Of a DNA stretch of 64,000 nucleotides, positions 26,501 through 39,219 are shown one piece after another. The notes below the pieces were generated by a model. The model saw only the letters and a list, made by a program, of their open reading frames with translations, was not told the DNA's origin and ran no database searches. A program made the position numbers and the translations under genes. Source of the DNA: Blasia pusilla (lineage: Eukaryota); assembly GCA_050084515.1 (NCBI GenBank), contig CM114271.1, forward strand, positions 34,162,001-34,226,000. The letters run 5' to 3'. Numbering within the stretch: the first letter of the stretch is position 1; the number at the start of each line of letters is the position of its first letter.

Positions 26501-29500
26501 CATCTTTATTGATGATAAATTGAATCAATTTCTTAAAATATTGGGAATATATTGGTATTGCCAAAAGGGATGGATGTTTCCAAACATTTATGCTTCTCTC
26601 CTAATATTTTGAGTGTGATCATAATAACATGATCATTATCTAACTTCCTTAGTTTTCCGGACATCTAGAATATGATCTATCATGGATCGGGTGCATTGAG
26701 AATAATCAAAATCTAATGGATTACCTTCCTTCCTTTCTTGTTCATGCTTTGTATAACCTTTAGGTTTAAAAATTCTTCTTTGGTCTTTGGTCTTTTTGCC
26801 TCTAATCAAATTCCACAATTTATGATCCAAAATTAAGAAGTTCTCGATGTTTAATTTCCATGCAAAATAATTTTTTGGATCTATTTCTTCTCTTATTATG
26901 AGAGACGTTGATTTGAAATACTGGATTTTTTTTTAAAAAAAACAACTTCTAAGGATTTGAAAACTCAAATTTGAATTTTTATCTTTCTCTTGGGCATAAA
27001 TAGTCAAGTTTTGACCCACTATTCAATGACATATATTTCTTTGCTAATTTTTTTTTCTATCAAAATCTATCATAAAATTCAGATTTTTTTATTGTCCAAT
27101 CCAATATTTTTTTTTGTAGAAAATTAATTTATGGTTTCCATTTTGACCCAAAAAATAGAAAAATTCCACAACATTTTCATAGAAGAAAAAATGCGCAAAT
27201 TGAAAAGTACCAATTGATGAAGGGCTAGTTGATTGTGCGTTGAACCTCTTGATTTTGATGTTCTAAGATTGTTTCAGCCTCCAACCAATCCTTCCAACAA
27301 TCCAAGTAAATATTACCTCAATTGATCAATTTCCTCTCTCCTAAAATATTTACTTTCCCTCCTAGGAAATTTCCTATTTTTCACATGGTTCTTCGCTTTC
27401 TTCAAAGTCCAATATCACGTAGAAAATACAATATCTACAAATCTTACAATCATATAAGAGAAAAGGAGAAGGCTTTCATAATAATAATAATAAAGACTTG
27501 GAATATGGATCAAGAGAATGAGACAATATCATCCCTTTCTCTATATATATGAAGGTACAAATAAGAAGTAGAATCCACACAAAAGATGCATCACCTTTTC
27601 CTCTATGATGGCTTGTGCATAAATATGACTTGAACCTACGTGGGTCACTTCTAACATGTCACTCTTAATATCACTATACTAAATCTACATGAGTTATCTT
27701 CACCTTGGGCACATATCAAAATCTCCCAAACCACACCTTACAAAACCACTCTCGATGGTATAATGTCCAATTCCCCCAGAATCCCTCTAGGATCCTTCAA
27801 TGTCCACACCTTCCCCACTATTCCACTCGCCATATGTGAGAATTGGAAGGAAGAAATTTTATGAATTCACTCGGTCTTGGAAATGACCCCAAAGAGGCGC
27901 AAGAGTGCAAGAAACAGGGTTGCACATGAACAAAGTTTTTGTCCATGGACATGTCCATGTCCGTGTGGTCCCGGGTACCTCCAGCCCGCAATCGAGCCCA
28001 CCCTCAGAGCCCATCGAGACCGTATGTGTTCCCCACCATGCGTGGGCCTTACCACGAGCCACAAAATCGATGCAGGCTAGGCCAACCCGGGTGCATGCTA
28101 CGGGCTTGGCGCGCTCCGGGGGCGGGCTTGAATGCTGGCCGTGGGTACATGGGCGGCATGTCCGTGGACATATCTTTTTCTTGCAACCTTTGCAAGAAAT
28201 ACAAGAGGAAAAGAGGGGGTAGGAAGGGGGGTAACGAGGTGCTTTTGATGATTTTGAGTACCTTAAGAGCCCCTTGTTAGTGCTTTGCAATTTTTGTTCA
28301 AGTACTTGAGAGTCTCATGTCAGTAATTTTTTAGTACAATAACAATATATATGTATCAGAAGACTTGAAAAAGTAACTTGTAGGTTTTTGGGTTAGCGAT
28401 TTTATTGCAAGTAGCGTGTGAGTCTTTTTCAAGTGTGTTGTCATTACTAGGACTTCCAAAAAATATAAAGATCCCTTCCCTTTTCCAATTTTTTGATAAA
28501 GGGCATATTTAACTATGCCCTTTATCATTTTCTTCTACTATGCTCATTTTTCTTGCTTTTCATGCAAGAGAAGAGAACCACTTATAACTCCACCAATTTA
28601 ATGCATAACCTCATCTAAGTTTGGCACATGATGGATGGGCATAATATTATTTGCATACAAATATCTCTAGGATTGTCATGGATTTGTGGATCTCATAACA
28701 CTTTTCTTGCATGTGACTGTTTTGATCCAAACTTTTGTACATCCAACATATGTAAAACATTTTTTAAAAGTTACCACTACTTTCTTATTTTTTATGGTAC
28801 TGGAGTTGATGATTCCAAAATCCAAGTTGTGTTTAAAAAGTTTCCTTAGACTCATAGGGATGTCCATTCAATTCCCACTATTCGTGGGCAAGTCAAGTTA
28901 GTTATGAAGTCAATACAATACTATGTGTACTGCAATGTATCTCTATGGGGATGCCCGTGTCGTATTCTTGATAGGGATCCAATTGACGTCTATAATGAAA
29001 TATTTTAAATTGGGTATCAAGATAGGAAACCATATCCCATGCGCAAAATAGGATAGTTGCGGATGATCACTACGACATGGATAACAATCTCATTTTATTC
29101 CCCTATGTTGGCATGTCGTAATCCCATTCAATATGAAGGGAGATTATGAAGAGGGAATCCTCATAAAAAATGACTATCGTTTCCCCATTCCTTGAGTATG
29201 AAGGATATGGATCAACGTCAATACATCAACAATGATCACGAACATAGCATAAATATTTCTAGATATTTTTAATCTTTAGATTCCTACCATAATGGTGATT
29301 CTCAATGGGAGTATGTAGAGGGTTAGCATGAATGATTTTATTCGTAGTGGGATGAGTATTTCTAAATTTTGATTATTGCAAAAAAAGTCACGGAGATAGG
29401 AGAGGAGGTATTTATTAATTATGAATGGAAATCATTGTATGGATATAATTTAAATTATATTTTAAAATAATTATAAATTAGAAAATTGTATTAAAAAATT

Positions 29501-30189
29501 CACCAATTTATTTAGGGGAATACATTTGCACATGTAGAGATGCGTCTTTAATATCATCTATCATAGTCCATGGTGTATGAGATAATGGCAAAATTTGATA
29601 ATCATCCATTTTCTTATCCTAAATTGGGGTGAACGATGGTAGACCTACTCACATATAAGAATGTGGAGTTTTCCTTTTTCCACTTTGATTTGGTAGTATG
29701 AGAAATCCTCAAGTTTCATATTATGGGGTTTCTCATCCTATAAGTTACATTGATAACAAAAAGAAAGATTCCAACTTCAATTATTGCAATTGGGTTGTCA
29801 AATATGCAATGGAACATGTGTGTAAAGTCTTCCTCCATCGCGGAGATATTAATTGAGAATTAGAGAAAATTTTCATAGTGGAGGGTATTGACTCATCGGA
29901 CTTTTATGAGCCATGATGTGAAGATGATGTATATGGAATGGATCATGATATACACTTGGATGGAGATGGAAGGGATGAGTGGACACATGATATTGAGGAG
30001 GACTCGAAGCATTCTATATTAGAGGATACTACATCCAAGCCATAACAAACCAAGCATAAGGATGGGACAAATGAGTGTAAACTCGTTGAGTGACATTTAT
30101 CCTATGCTTATCCTTAATGATCTTGAATAAAATTATCCAAGATCATTTTTATATGGGCGATGAAGATTGAGATATATATATATATATAT

Positions 30190-31090
30190 TGTTGCATTAG
30201 ACTCACAACTTTGCAAGTCATGCAATGGATTTTGACTCCAAACTTGTAACTACAATGCAACTAAAAAGTTACTTTTTTTTACACTCCAAAGTTAGTTGTA
30301 GTTGAGTTATGAAATTTATGCAACTTTTTAGCACGTACATGAGTCACTTGTGAGTGATTGTGAGTCAAAGGAATTGCAAATAGGCATAGAATGACTTGCA
30401 GCTCACTTGCAAAACAACAAGTCCTACTAGTGATTTTTTGCACTTTCAGAAGACTTATTTTCTTTTCCATTTACACTTAATTTGGATTTATTTTTGGGTC
30501 TATAAAATTTTTTTAGGGGGAATTTGGCTCCTTTAATTCTTAGTGAAGGCTTTGATTTCTTTTACTCCTCCTTTATTTATTGTATTTAAGACCAATTTTT
30601 TTGGGAAAAAATATAATACTATGAAATTTAATCATCTACATGTCCTTCAATATATATATAAAAAAATCCCTACCTAAAAAACTCAAGACTCAGATCCACT
30701 ACATACAAAAATTAGTTGCAAAGTGAGGAGAGGAGTCTTTGAAACTTGGGAGGAAATTAAAAAATAGAGCAACTTGGAGGGGGAAGGGGAATTTATGGCT
30801 ATGATTTTGCTACTTGCTAGTGCCTATGTAATTTTCTCGCGAGTGAGTTTGCAAGTCGTTTGTGATTCTTGGAAGTTGCACTTAACAAGTCATTTACAAG
30901 GCACACTTGAAATTTTGAATGCAAGATGTTTACGAGTCTTTTCAATCCTTGGACTTATAACTTACTTGCAACTACTCACAAAGTCTAGAACACCCGTACA
31001 CTAGATTCGACTCACATTGGATTTGCAAATGAATTGCATGAAGTGACCTTGCAAAGGAGTCGCAATTTTGAAAAAAAACTTGCAAGATAA
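30190..31090. repeat. Degenerate non-autonomous repeat rich in TTGCAA / ACTCAC / GAGT motifs; related sequence at ~59860-59913 and ~60504-60790
   Basis: The same short motifs are enriched in both regions; no ORF and no clear TIR or TSD resolved. Confidence 0.35.
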
Positions 31091-31944
31091 TGGATGTGTG
31101 GCTATCATTTATGATAGTGATCTTTGTTGATACTATTTTCAAACATATGTTACATCTATAAAAATAAAGGATTGATTATTTACGTTTATCATGTACATTA
31201 GCATGGAAACACATGCTCTATTAATAGACTTAATACCCACTCCAATCTAAACATATATATGAGATGCTTGTAAAGTTATTTACAATGAGACAAATGCCCT
31301 AATTACAAGATCTTGCACCTATATGCTCATCTCTTACATGTTTACATATAACCTTGTCTTAAATTTTCCTTATTAATATTGTAACGGTAAGACTTTAAAT
31401 GATTTTAGTTTATACGTACATATCAAAACTTACAAAGATGAAATATTCATGAAAATGTTTTAATCCTTCTAACCCAATTCAGGTTTTTGATGTTCAAAAG
31501 GCTCTTTGTATCAAGTCACAAAGATATAAATTTGCAATTTATATTGAGAAAGTTGCACTTAGAAATTATTGAAGATTGAGTTACAATCAAACTCATGAGA
31601 CACCTGAACTGTTACATTTGGTACTCACACGAAGTAGGGAAGCTTAATCTTGGTTAGTCAGTTAAGCACGATTATCTTAACTAGGTTAGTTAATCATAAT
31701 TAGTCTAACTCGAGTCTAGATCACAAATCACCATGTCAATAAATTATTTTAGAGCATAAATATACCCTAAACCAAAGACCAAAAAGATTCACCCTCCAAA
31801 AATAATATAATTTTCCTTAGAAAAGAAATAAATCAAATGCATGTAGGATAACTCAATATTAACCACCCTAATTCACTCATGTCTACAATCCAGTGATTGT
31901 AAACCTTTCCTCAAAAGTTTATCCATGCTACTATTTAGACTACC

Positions 31945-32150
31945 TTCATAAATTTGTACACCTTCATTGTTTGGACAAATACGAATGCGACAATGTTTTA
32001 AAATTAAAACTTAAAACATGATATATGTATGTTTTTCACAATCATATAAATTTTGACACCTTCGTTGTTTGGAAAAATATGAATGCGACAATATTTTAAA
32101 CTTGAAGTTTAAAACACCATCTACATATGGTTTTCATCATCATATGTATA
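31945..32150 (+). repeat. Local tandem duplication of a ~98-bp unit
   Basis: caccttc.ttgtttgga.aaata.gaatgcgacaat.ttttaaa occurs twice. Confidence 0.7.
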
Positions 32151-32407
32151 TTTTTTTATGTTGGAATTTGGAACCCATACACATGCACTCCTTACTGGGC
32201 ACATATATACCAAAAATCTGCCCGTATACAACACCAATTTTAGCCCGTCTCAATTCCCAAATGTTCCATCCAAATGAAAGGAGGATGAAAGAGAAGATAT
32301 TTATATCATTATATTTATCATTATCAATGTGTGGAGAATTTCATCTTTGAGTCGTCTACGCACTTTGGAATAATCTATATTATTACGAGAGAACGTCTTT
32401 TTGATTT

Positions 32408-32544
32408 TGTCGTGCGCATACATATTGCTACACAACATACATCGCTCGTCACATCTACACCACACAACACCGATCTTCCCCACACACGGTAGATCCACAC
32501 ATGTACAAAAATCAACTCATACATATACATGGAGATCACAAAAC
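32408..32544 (-). repeat. Terminal repeat B2 (3' end of the element)
   Basis: Near-identical to 33027-33164. Confidence 0.9.
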
Positions 32545-33024
32545 AAAAATAAAGAGTTGTAAAAATGGCACACCCGGCCTAAAACTCCACTCCTCAATCT
32601 ACATCGGCATATCGAGCCTCGTCCACCCTGTGCTATCAAGGAATCCGGACGCTAGCACCCTAGTCCTAGCTCACACACATACAAGGGAGGTGCTCCAACG
32701 GCCGAACATGAGAAAGATGGCTTAGGAAAACCATCTTCCTCTCTTATATAGGGTTGGGAAGAGCCAAAAGGCTTTTCCCCTAAAAATAGCCCTTCCCTTG
32801 GTAACCTGTGCGCACAGGTTACCAGGGGCGGGTGACCTGGTCAACAAGTCACCCGACTGTAAAAGACCTCAACATGAAAGTTGTCAGGAACGACGTTCTT
32901 GACACAATGGACCTATCCTCAACCTCATCCGACACTGTGGGACAAAATTACACTCAAGATAGTCCGCTGGATCCTACGCCCTATCCACGATAGATCTCGG
33001 CCTATCAGTTACTCGGATGTGACA
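32545..33024 (-). repeat. Repeat A2 (LTR-like, TATA-containing)
   Basis: Near-identical to 39220-39660 apart from two indels and scattered substitutions. Confidence 0.9.
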
Positions 33025-33026
33025 GT

Positions 33027-33164
33027 TGTCGTGCGCATACATATCGCTACACAACATACATCGCTTGTCACATCTACACCACACAACACCGATCTTCCCC
33101 ACACACGGGTCGATCCACACATGTACAAAAATCAACTCATACATATACATGGAGATCACACAAC
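33027..33164 (-). repeat. Internal repeat B1, joined to A2 by a 2-nt spacer
   Basis: Plus strand reads ...GTGACA-gt-TGTCGT... at 33019-33032; near-identical to 32408-32544. Confidence 0.9.
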
Positions 33165-33240
33165 CGACCCCCTAGCTGGCAGTTGGATCCCCCTAACTCC
33201 AGATAGAAAATATCACATCTCTCTGACATGACCTACTACC

Positions 33241-34554
33241 CTATACACATCTCGGACACATCCATCGTCCTGTGGGAACCACATCAAGAGGGGGGGTCAG
33301 ACATGACATATGCCACCCTCGAGAACAACCATCACATACCAACATGGTGGTTGCACCCCTCGCAAATCTGCACAACATACACCTTAAGCCTACAAGTACC
33401 ACTGCCAAGCTTGGATCCACCGTCCCATCTACGTTCGGAAGATGACATGGCGCACAATTGCGCACATGATCCTTCCAAACCATACCATCCCGTCCCTCCA
33501 ACATGAGGACTCCGGTCGGTAATACCTCACGCACACGTAGGATCGTACGCCCTGTTGTAACATCTAGCGTCGTAGGTGTCGCCTGCTGTAAATACACGTA
33601 ATCTCCAGGATGAAACCTCCTAATCCTTGGACGATAACCTCCTCCACGAATAGTCGCGTACCTCAATGTATCTCTATGCTGGGCAATAGCTAAGTTCTCA
33701 AAGGCCATAGGCATAACTCTACAAAAAACTTCTGCCCTCTGAGAACATGCTTGTACCCACACATTTGGATCATGAATATCTAACACCTCCGCCATGTCAC
33801 GTCGAATCGCTGCAGGTAAATCTGGCTCTCTCCCAAAGAGCAAAAAGTATGGTGAAAATGACGCCAAGGATGCCTGCCGACTAAAGCGATAACCCATAGC
33901 CAACCATGGCAACTGTAGGTCCCACTCCCTCAACTGTCCCCGCTGCAAGCCATACTTGCGCAATCCTCTCTCCACCGTTTGTACCACTCTCTCCGCCAAC
34001 CCATCCGCCTCAGGATGATCTCTAGACGTGGTGCGGTGATCTATCAACGCCTGATCACACAAGGCCTGAAACTCTCCCCTGAACTCGGTACCCTGGTCAG
34101 TCAACACCTCCGCCGGTGCACCAAAGTGACTAAGCACACGATCTAGAAACGCATAAGCCGTTCCTCGCCGCCTTTGTGTCGGTAGTGCCACCAACTCTAT
34201 CCACTTGGAGAAATGCTCCACCATGACCAACATGTACCTATGATGACGCCCTGTCAATGGCAAAGGTCCCGCAAAGTCTAAACTCCACCGATAACCTAAA
34301 CCCATAATCAGCAAAGGATGTAACTGCGGAGTGGGAGCATTGAAGGATGCTCACACTCTGTCACATACCATACATCTGGCCACAAACTGCTGTACCCCAG
34401 TATGCATGCCGTGCCACCAATACTGAACCTGGAGTAAACTGTAAGTACGCTTTATTCCAAAATGTCCCAACTCCTCATGGGCCTGTCGCACTACACGTGC
34501 TCGCTGGGAAGGATGACGTACCACTCGTATCCTACCATCTCCCCATACCCGCAA
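33241..34554 (-). pseudogene. DDE integrase with N-terminal HHCC finger and C-terminal PHD finger
   Basis: AHEELGHFG..CMVC; SLDFAG, LTDQG, ADGLAERVV; C-terminal CMLC..CDGC..H..C..W.CPRC (Cys4-His-Cys3). Interrupted near 34350. Confidence 0.92.
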
Positions 34555-34868
34555 AATGTGAGTCCCCTCCCACCTGAACCTCTTGGCTCTCTGTAGGATC
34601 CGATCCCGCTCCTAGCACTCCTTTGTACTCGCAATGACGCCGCGGTGAGCAAGAACTCCACAACCTCCACGTCGTCATGGATATCACGACCACCTGTCGC
34701 CTCCTCACTAACCTCCGGATCCAAAGACTCATCATCCAATCCCACCACTGGAGTCATCACCTGTGGATGACCTGCCATAGTCAACCAACAAAGATAGGCA
34801 TATGCATGCCAACCGGGCACCATCTCCTCATCACTCTCTCCGTGCCATCGAGCTCCTGTGTCGTCTCT

Positions 34869-35291
34869 CTAACTCGGACATGGGTTACGACTCAACCCAT
34901 CCGCATCCTGGTTCAGCCGACCTGGCCTATGAACCACCTCAAACTCATACTCCAGTAGTAATAGAGCCCACCTGGCAAGCTTTCCTGTGAGCTTCTCGGA
35001 CTCCATCAACCACCTCAACGGCTGATGATCAGTGATAAGTGTGAAAGGGTTGACGAATAAATAGCACCTAAAATGTGCCACAACCCACACTGCAGCCAAG
35101 CACTCTCCCTCGTAGGAGCTGTACTTTGCCTCTGCAATGTTGTTCGATCGGCTCGCGTAAGCCACAACGAACTCCCTCTCCTCGTCATCCCTCTGAGTAA
35201 GCACTGCTCCTAGACCCAACATGCTCAAATCCGTATGTAACTGGAATGGGCGACCCCTAACCGGTCTCTGTAAAATGGGTGAGGACGTCAA
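34869..35291 (-). pseudogene. RNase H domain (Ty3/gypsy type)
   Basis: FQLHTD.S..GLGAVL, VVAYASR, YSSYEGECLA, LITDHQPL, ADGLSR. Confidence 0.92.
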
Positions 35292-35306
35292 CCTGTCCTT
35301 GAGCTC

Positions 35307-36321
35307 CTAAAATGCTCGCTCCTGATAATCTCCCCACAACCAAACCTGATCAAGTCTCGTCAACAAGGTCAAAGACTTTGCGATTGCACTAAAACCCTTG
35401 ACATACCGTCGATAGAAGTTCGCCAGTCCAAGAAATGCTCGGACTCGACTCACATCTGTAGGGCGTGGAATCTGCGCAATAGCCTCTACCTTCGTCTGCT
35501 GAACGCCTAACCCACTCGGGTATATGGTGTGTCCCAAGTACTCAATCTGCTCCTGAAAGAATTTGCACTTTCCTAGATGTAACTTCAGTCCATGTAACTG
35601 CAATCGCCGAAACACCTCCTCCAAGTGTCGCTCATGCTCCTCAACCGTGGAACTGAAGATAAGAATATCATCTATGTAACATCGTACAAAATCCAAGCCA
35701 GCCAGAATCCTATCCATAACTCTCTGAAACTCCGCAAGCGCGTTCTTCAATCCAAATGGTAAGAACCGCCATCGATACAAGCAATCTCTCCCGAACCGAT
35801 CTATCCCCAGAATCGTGTCTTCTCCTGTCCTCCAACTCCGATAGGAAGGCGATGATAGCCAAAGCACGGAGATCTAAAGTACTGAAGATCTTTGCATGCC
35901 CTACTGCATCAAAGATCTCCTCAGGAGTAGGCATGGCATACCGATCTGACCTCGTTTGATGGTTGATAGGACAATAATCTCCACACATCCGCCTATCCAT
36001 CCAATTTCCATACATATCCTTCTTCGCCGGCATGACCGTGGTAGATGCATACTCCCCATGTGATAACTCCACAAGTCCTGCCTCCAACAAGTCCCGACTC
36101 TTGCTCTGAATCAAGGCTCGCTCCATATCAGAATACCTGTAGGGTCGACGAAAGATCGGCGTATCACTAGCCAACTCAATCTGTATCCTAGGACCCTTCA
36201 GCGTACCCAAGTCTCTCATACTGAAGGCAAAACAACTGACATGCCCTCTCAGAAACCTATGAACTCGCCGTTGCTCTCCTCCTATCAACTTGGGACCTAT
36301 CATAGGCTCCCAAGTCTCCAT
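35307..36321 (-). pseudogene. Reverse transcriptase (Ty3/gypsy type), frameshifted
   Basis: RRMCGDY..IN, FSTLDL, LPFGLKNA..FQRVMD, CYIDDILIFS, IEYLGH, FLGLANFYRRYV. Confidence 0.93.
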
Positions 36322-36619
36322 CGTGACCTCACTCGGAGAGGACGCAACCTCCGACTTTGGTTGCTATGTAGCAACCCTAGCCACCTCTACAACAGCCACT
36401 CCACTCTGACTTCCTACACCATGCTCCACATCCGAAAAATGAACATGTGCTACTCTAGCCGCCTTCATGATCTCTCTTTCGAACGACGCCCTAGGAAGTC
36501 CATGGGTGCCTATCTCTCTCGTCTCGCTTGACCAATGCATGTCAGACCACTTGAGGCAATGGTCCAACTCGTGGACGTGACGGCATGGATGACACTTGCA
36601 TCTGTCTCAGCTCAGCCAT

Positions 36620-37573
36620 ACCTAGGCTGACTATCCATGTGAGACAGTTGAGGTCCATCGCCTGCCCCAACACCTCTCTTCGTGATGCCTCAGTCATCCA
36701 TGGCACCGCCGTAGTACCGGTGGTGAACCCCATGGCGCGCTCGCGCTCATCTGCTGTAGGCTCCTCCAATACTCCGGTCACCTCATCCCAAATCATGCAT
36801 GGCCCTTCCTGATGAAAGGCATGGGATGTTGGGAAGCTCACCAACGTAGGTAAGGCTGCCCTCAACTCCCCCACCCTATTGGCCATGGCCAACGGTGGTC
36901 TATCATCCCGTGTCGCCACCTGAGATCGACGCCCTGAGCCCAAAATAGCATCCACTGTGAGATGTGGTGCTCTCTGGACTCCATTGTAGGCTTGACTTAG
37001 TACCTCTGATGATATCAGGTTCGTCCACCACAGTCGTGGACGATGGGCACGTGACCCAACTCTCGCTGCATCTAACAACACAGCAGGTCCCAACCAGGAC
37101 CTCACGTGATGTACACTCGTCATCACACGTACACGAGTGTCTCCCAACAACGGCACGTTCTCCAAAATGTACGCTGGAGAACATATCTGACTCTCCTGCA
37201 AATGTCGTACTACTCGCAACATCTCCCAAAACATCCCTCACCTCGGATCCTGCAATCCAAATCCTCGGCCAATTGATGAATGACCATGACATGACCATCC
37301 AGCAATCACCAAATGAATGGTGCCAACTCTATCCAGATACTGTGCCCCCACCAAAGAGATGTCGGCGGGTAGCGTATGCTGGTATCCCCGTACTGCAGAT
37401 ACCGACAACAACTCAAGATACCTCTGGACCAATCTCGCCACGTGACGTAATGATACTCGCAGCGCGGTCTCATCTCTCTCCACATAAAGGTACTGATGCA
37501 CCCGTATGCCCGCCTGCAATATGGTAGCCAATCCGGTGCTAATCCCTCCGAAGAGATCTAACACCCTAACACC
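36620..37573 (-). pseudogene. DNMT3-like C5-cytosine DNA methyltransferase domain inside the retrotransposon pol (one in-frame stop at 37238-37240)
   Basis: Motif I VRVLDLFGGISTG; II YVERD; IV LVIAGWSCHGHS; VI YILENV; VIII HRPRLWWTN; IX ERERAMGF; X RREVLGQAMD. Linear I-X order as in DNMT3, not the permuted DRM order. Confidence 0.9.
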
Positions 37574-37959
37574 CTCCTCTGGGCACTGCCACACAACAGG
37601 TGTGGTATCTAGTGGGGTCATCGTCTCCACTCCAAGAGCCCGATCGCCACGTGACTCTCGCTGCTCTGGGATAAAAACATGACTCCACGCGTGCCTCACG
37701 AGGTTGTTGACACTCTTTTGTAGCTCCCGAGTTGTACCCCACAATGGTGAAGAGGCCTCGCCAACATGGGAAGAGATGGGATGAGACCCGCCATGGCCTG
37801 TCTCTCCGTGGGACATACCGCTACTGGGACATCCTCTGCATGTGCGTTCCCCTCCAACAACTCTCCTGGCCAGCTAACACTACATGTGAAAGCCGCCAAC
37901 GTGGTCACAGACTCGCCTCGTGATCGACCACCTCGTCCCGCAAACTGCAGGGGTAACTG

Positions 37960-38400
37960 ACTCATCCGGCCGTCACCTGACCGCCATCCTGGCCGATAAG
38001 CAACGGTCTCCTCCCAGAAGTCAAGGATGAATCCTAGGGAATATAACATTGTACTCCCCACCAACACATCGTACGACTCAGCTGGTGTCCGTCGCATGCT
38101 ATGGCTGGACTCTGACAAAAATATCTTGTCGAATCATATACTGAGTGAGTGATACGCCCCCAATCGAGGTATGTATCTGGAAGGGACAAGGCTCAATGTC
38201 GGCCTTCTGTAACCCCAACGCTAAACACGCCCCCTTCCCTAACATCAAGGGTTGCGCTCCCGAATCAAGTAGGACGCGCTGCGGGTGGTATATCGTCCCC
38301 GTTGGACTAACCAAGCGAAATACTCCAGATCGGTTATCCAGTAACACTACTCCAGGTGTCACCACTGCTCGCTCTATGGCCGGTCGAGCTGGCATATCTA
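37960..38400 (-). pseudogene. Retropepsin aspartic protease domain, frameshifted
   Basis: RVLLDSGAQPLMLG active-site motif, then YDVLVG..L...GFILDF in the next frame. Confidence 0.8.
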
Positions 38401-39205
38401 CCAACTTTGCCGCCGCCGCATGCCATGACTCTGTGGGGAACGTCCCAAGCACCGGCTCTGAGGGCAAGTCCACCACCTCCTGAACTACCTCTGAACAAGA
38501 AGTAGTCATCTCTCCACGCTCATACAACGTGGCGGCCAACCGGAACACCTCAGATGGTCCAACTCCCAACGTCGCCAACTCTATGGTGGAAAATAGCAGA
38601 GTCTGACTCACTCTAGTGGCCACCTCCAACACTATAGTCGAAACTGACTCCACTCAAGCCGGCATAGGAGTTGTCACTCCAACTCCTCGTGACGTCGACG
38701 TAGGTGCCTGAATTGTAGGCACCGCTGGTCGTCGAGGCACCATCGATGGTGTGTGTAGTGCCTCCGACAATGTGAACGACTGTGGAACCCTGGCCTGCCG
38801 CCCATCGGTCCCCTCTGGTGGATCAATCTCAACTCCACCTCTCGATGGCTCCTGACTCCGTGGTCCTCCAGTCCTTGTCCGTGACCTAACCCTAGACCGG
38901 CCCCGACCTAGCTAGCCGTCTTTACTTAACAGCCCCCCGGTGGCTGCAAGACCCAAACTTTCCTTTCTTCTCTCTCTCGACACCCTCACTTGCGTACACG
39001 CGACGCCCCACCACACACTACACTCAGCTGCTGTCCCCCATCAATCCGCACCAGCAAAATCTGAGAAAAACGGACAGCGCTTCCGCCCACGGCCTTCCGA
39101 ACAGAAAAATGACACACAAAATGTCACACACACGTCTCCAGGGGCTCCCGACCAAGGCAACTCGCTTGCCTACCTGCAAACATTGAATTCCCACCAGCCC
39201 CCTGA

Positions 39206-39219
39206 CATCTTTCTCATGT
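39206..39219 (-). promoter_or_regulatory. Putative self-priming primer-binding site (ACATGAGAAAGATG) immediately downstream of repeat A1
   Basis: Perfect 14-bp complement of 39381-39394, which begins about 32 nt downstream of the minus-strand TATATAA. Confidence 0.7.

Noticed and set aside
24900-30100. Decayed coding-like patches and a GC-rich block (27860-28260) that look like TE relics; similar patches at ~7700-8300, ~61300-62400 and ~63200-64000
   Set aside because: No diagnostic motif could be read with confidence, so they were left unclassified.
36620-37573. Bacterial restriction-modification methylase or contaminant DNA
   Set aside because: The domain is embedded in retrotransposon pol between PR and RT, has DNMT3-like motifs and is flanked by intron-containing plant genes.
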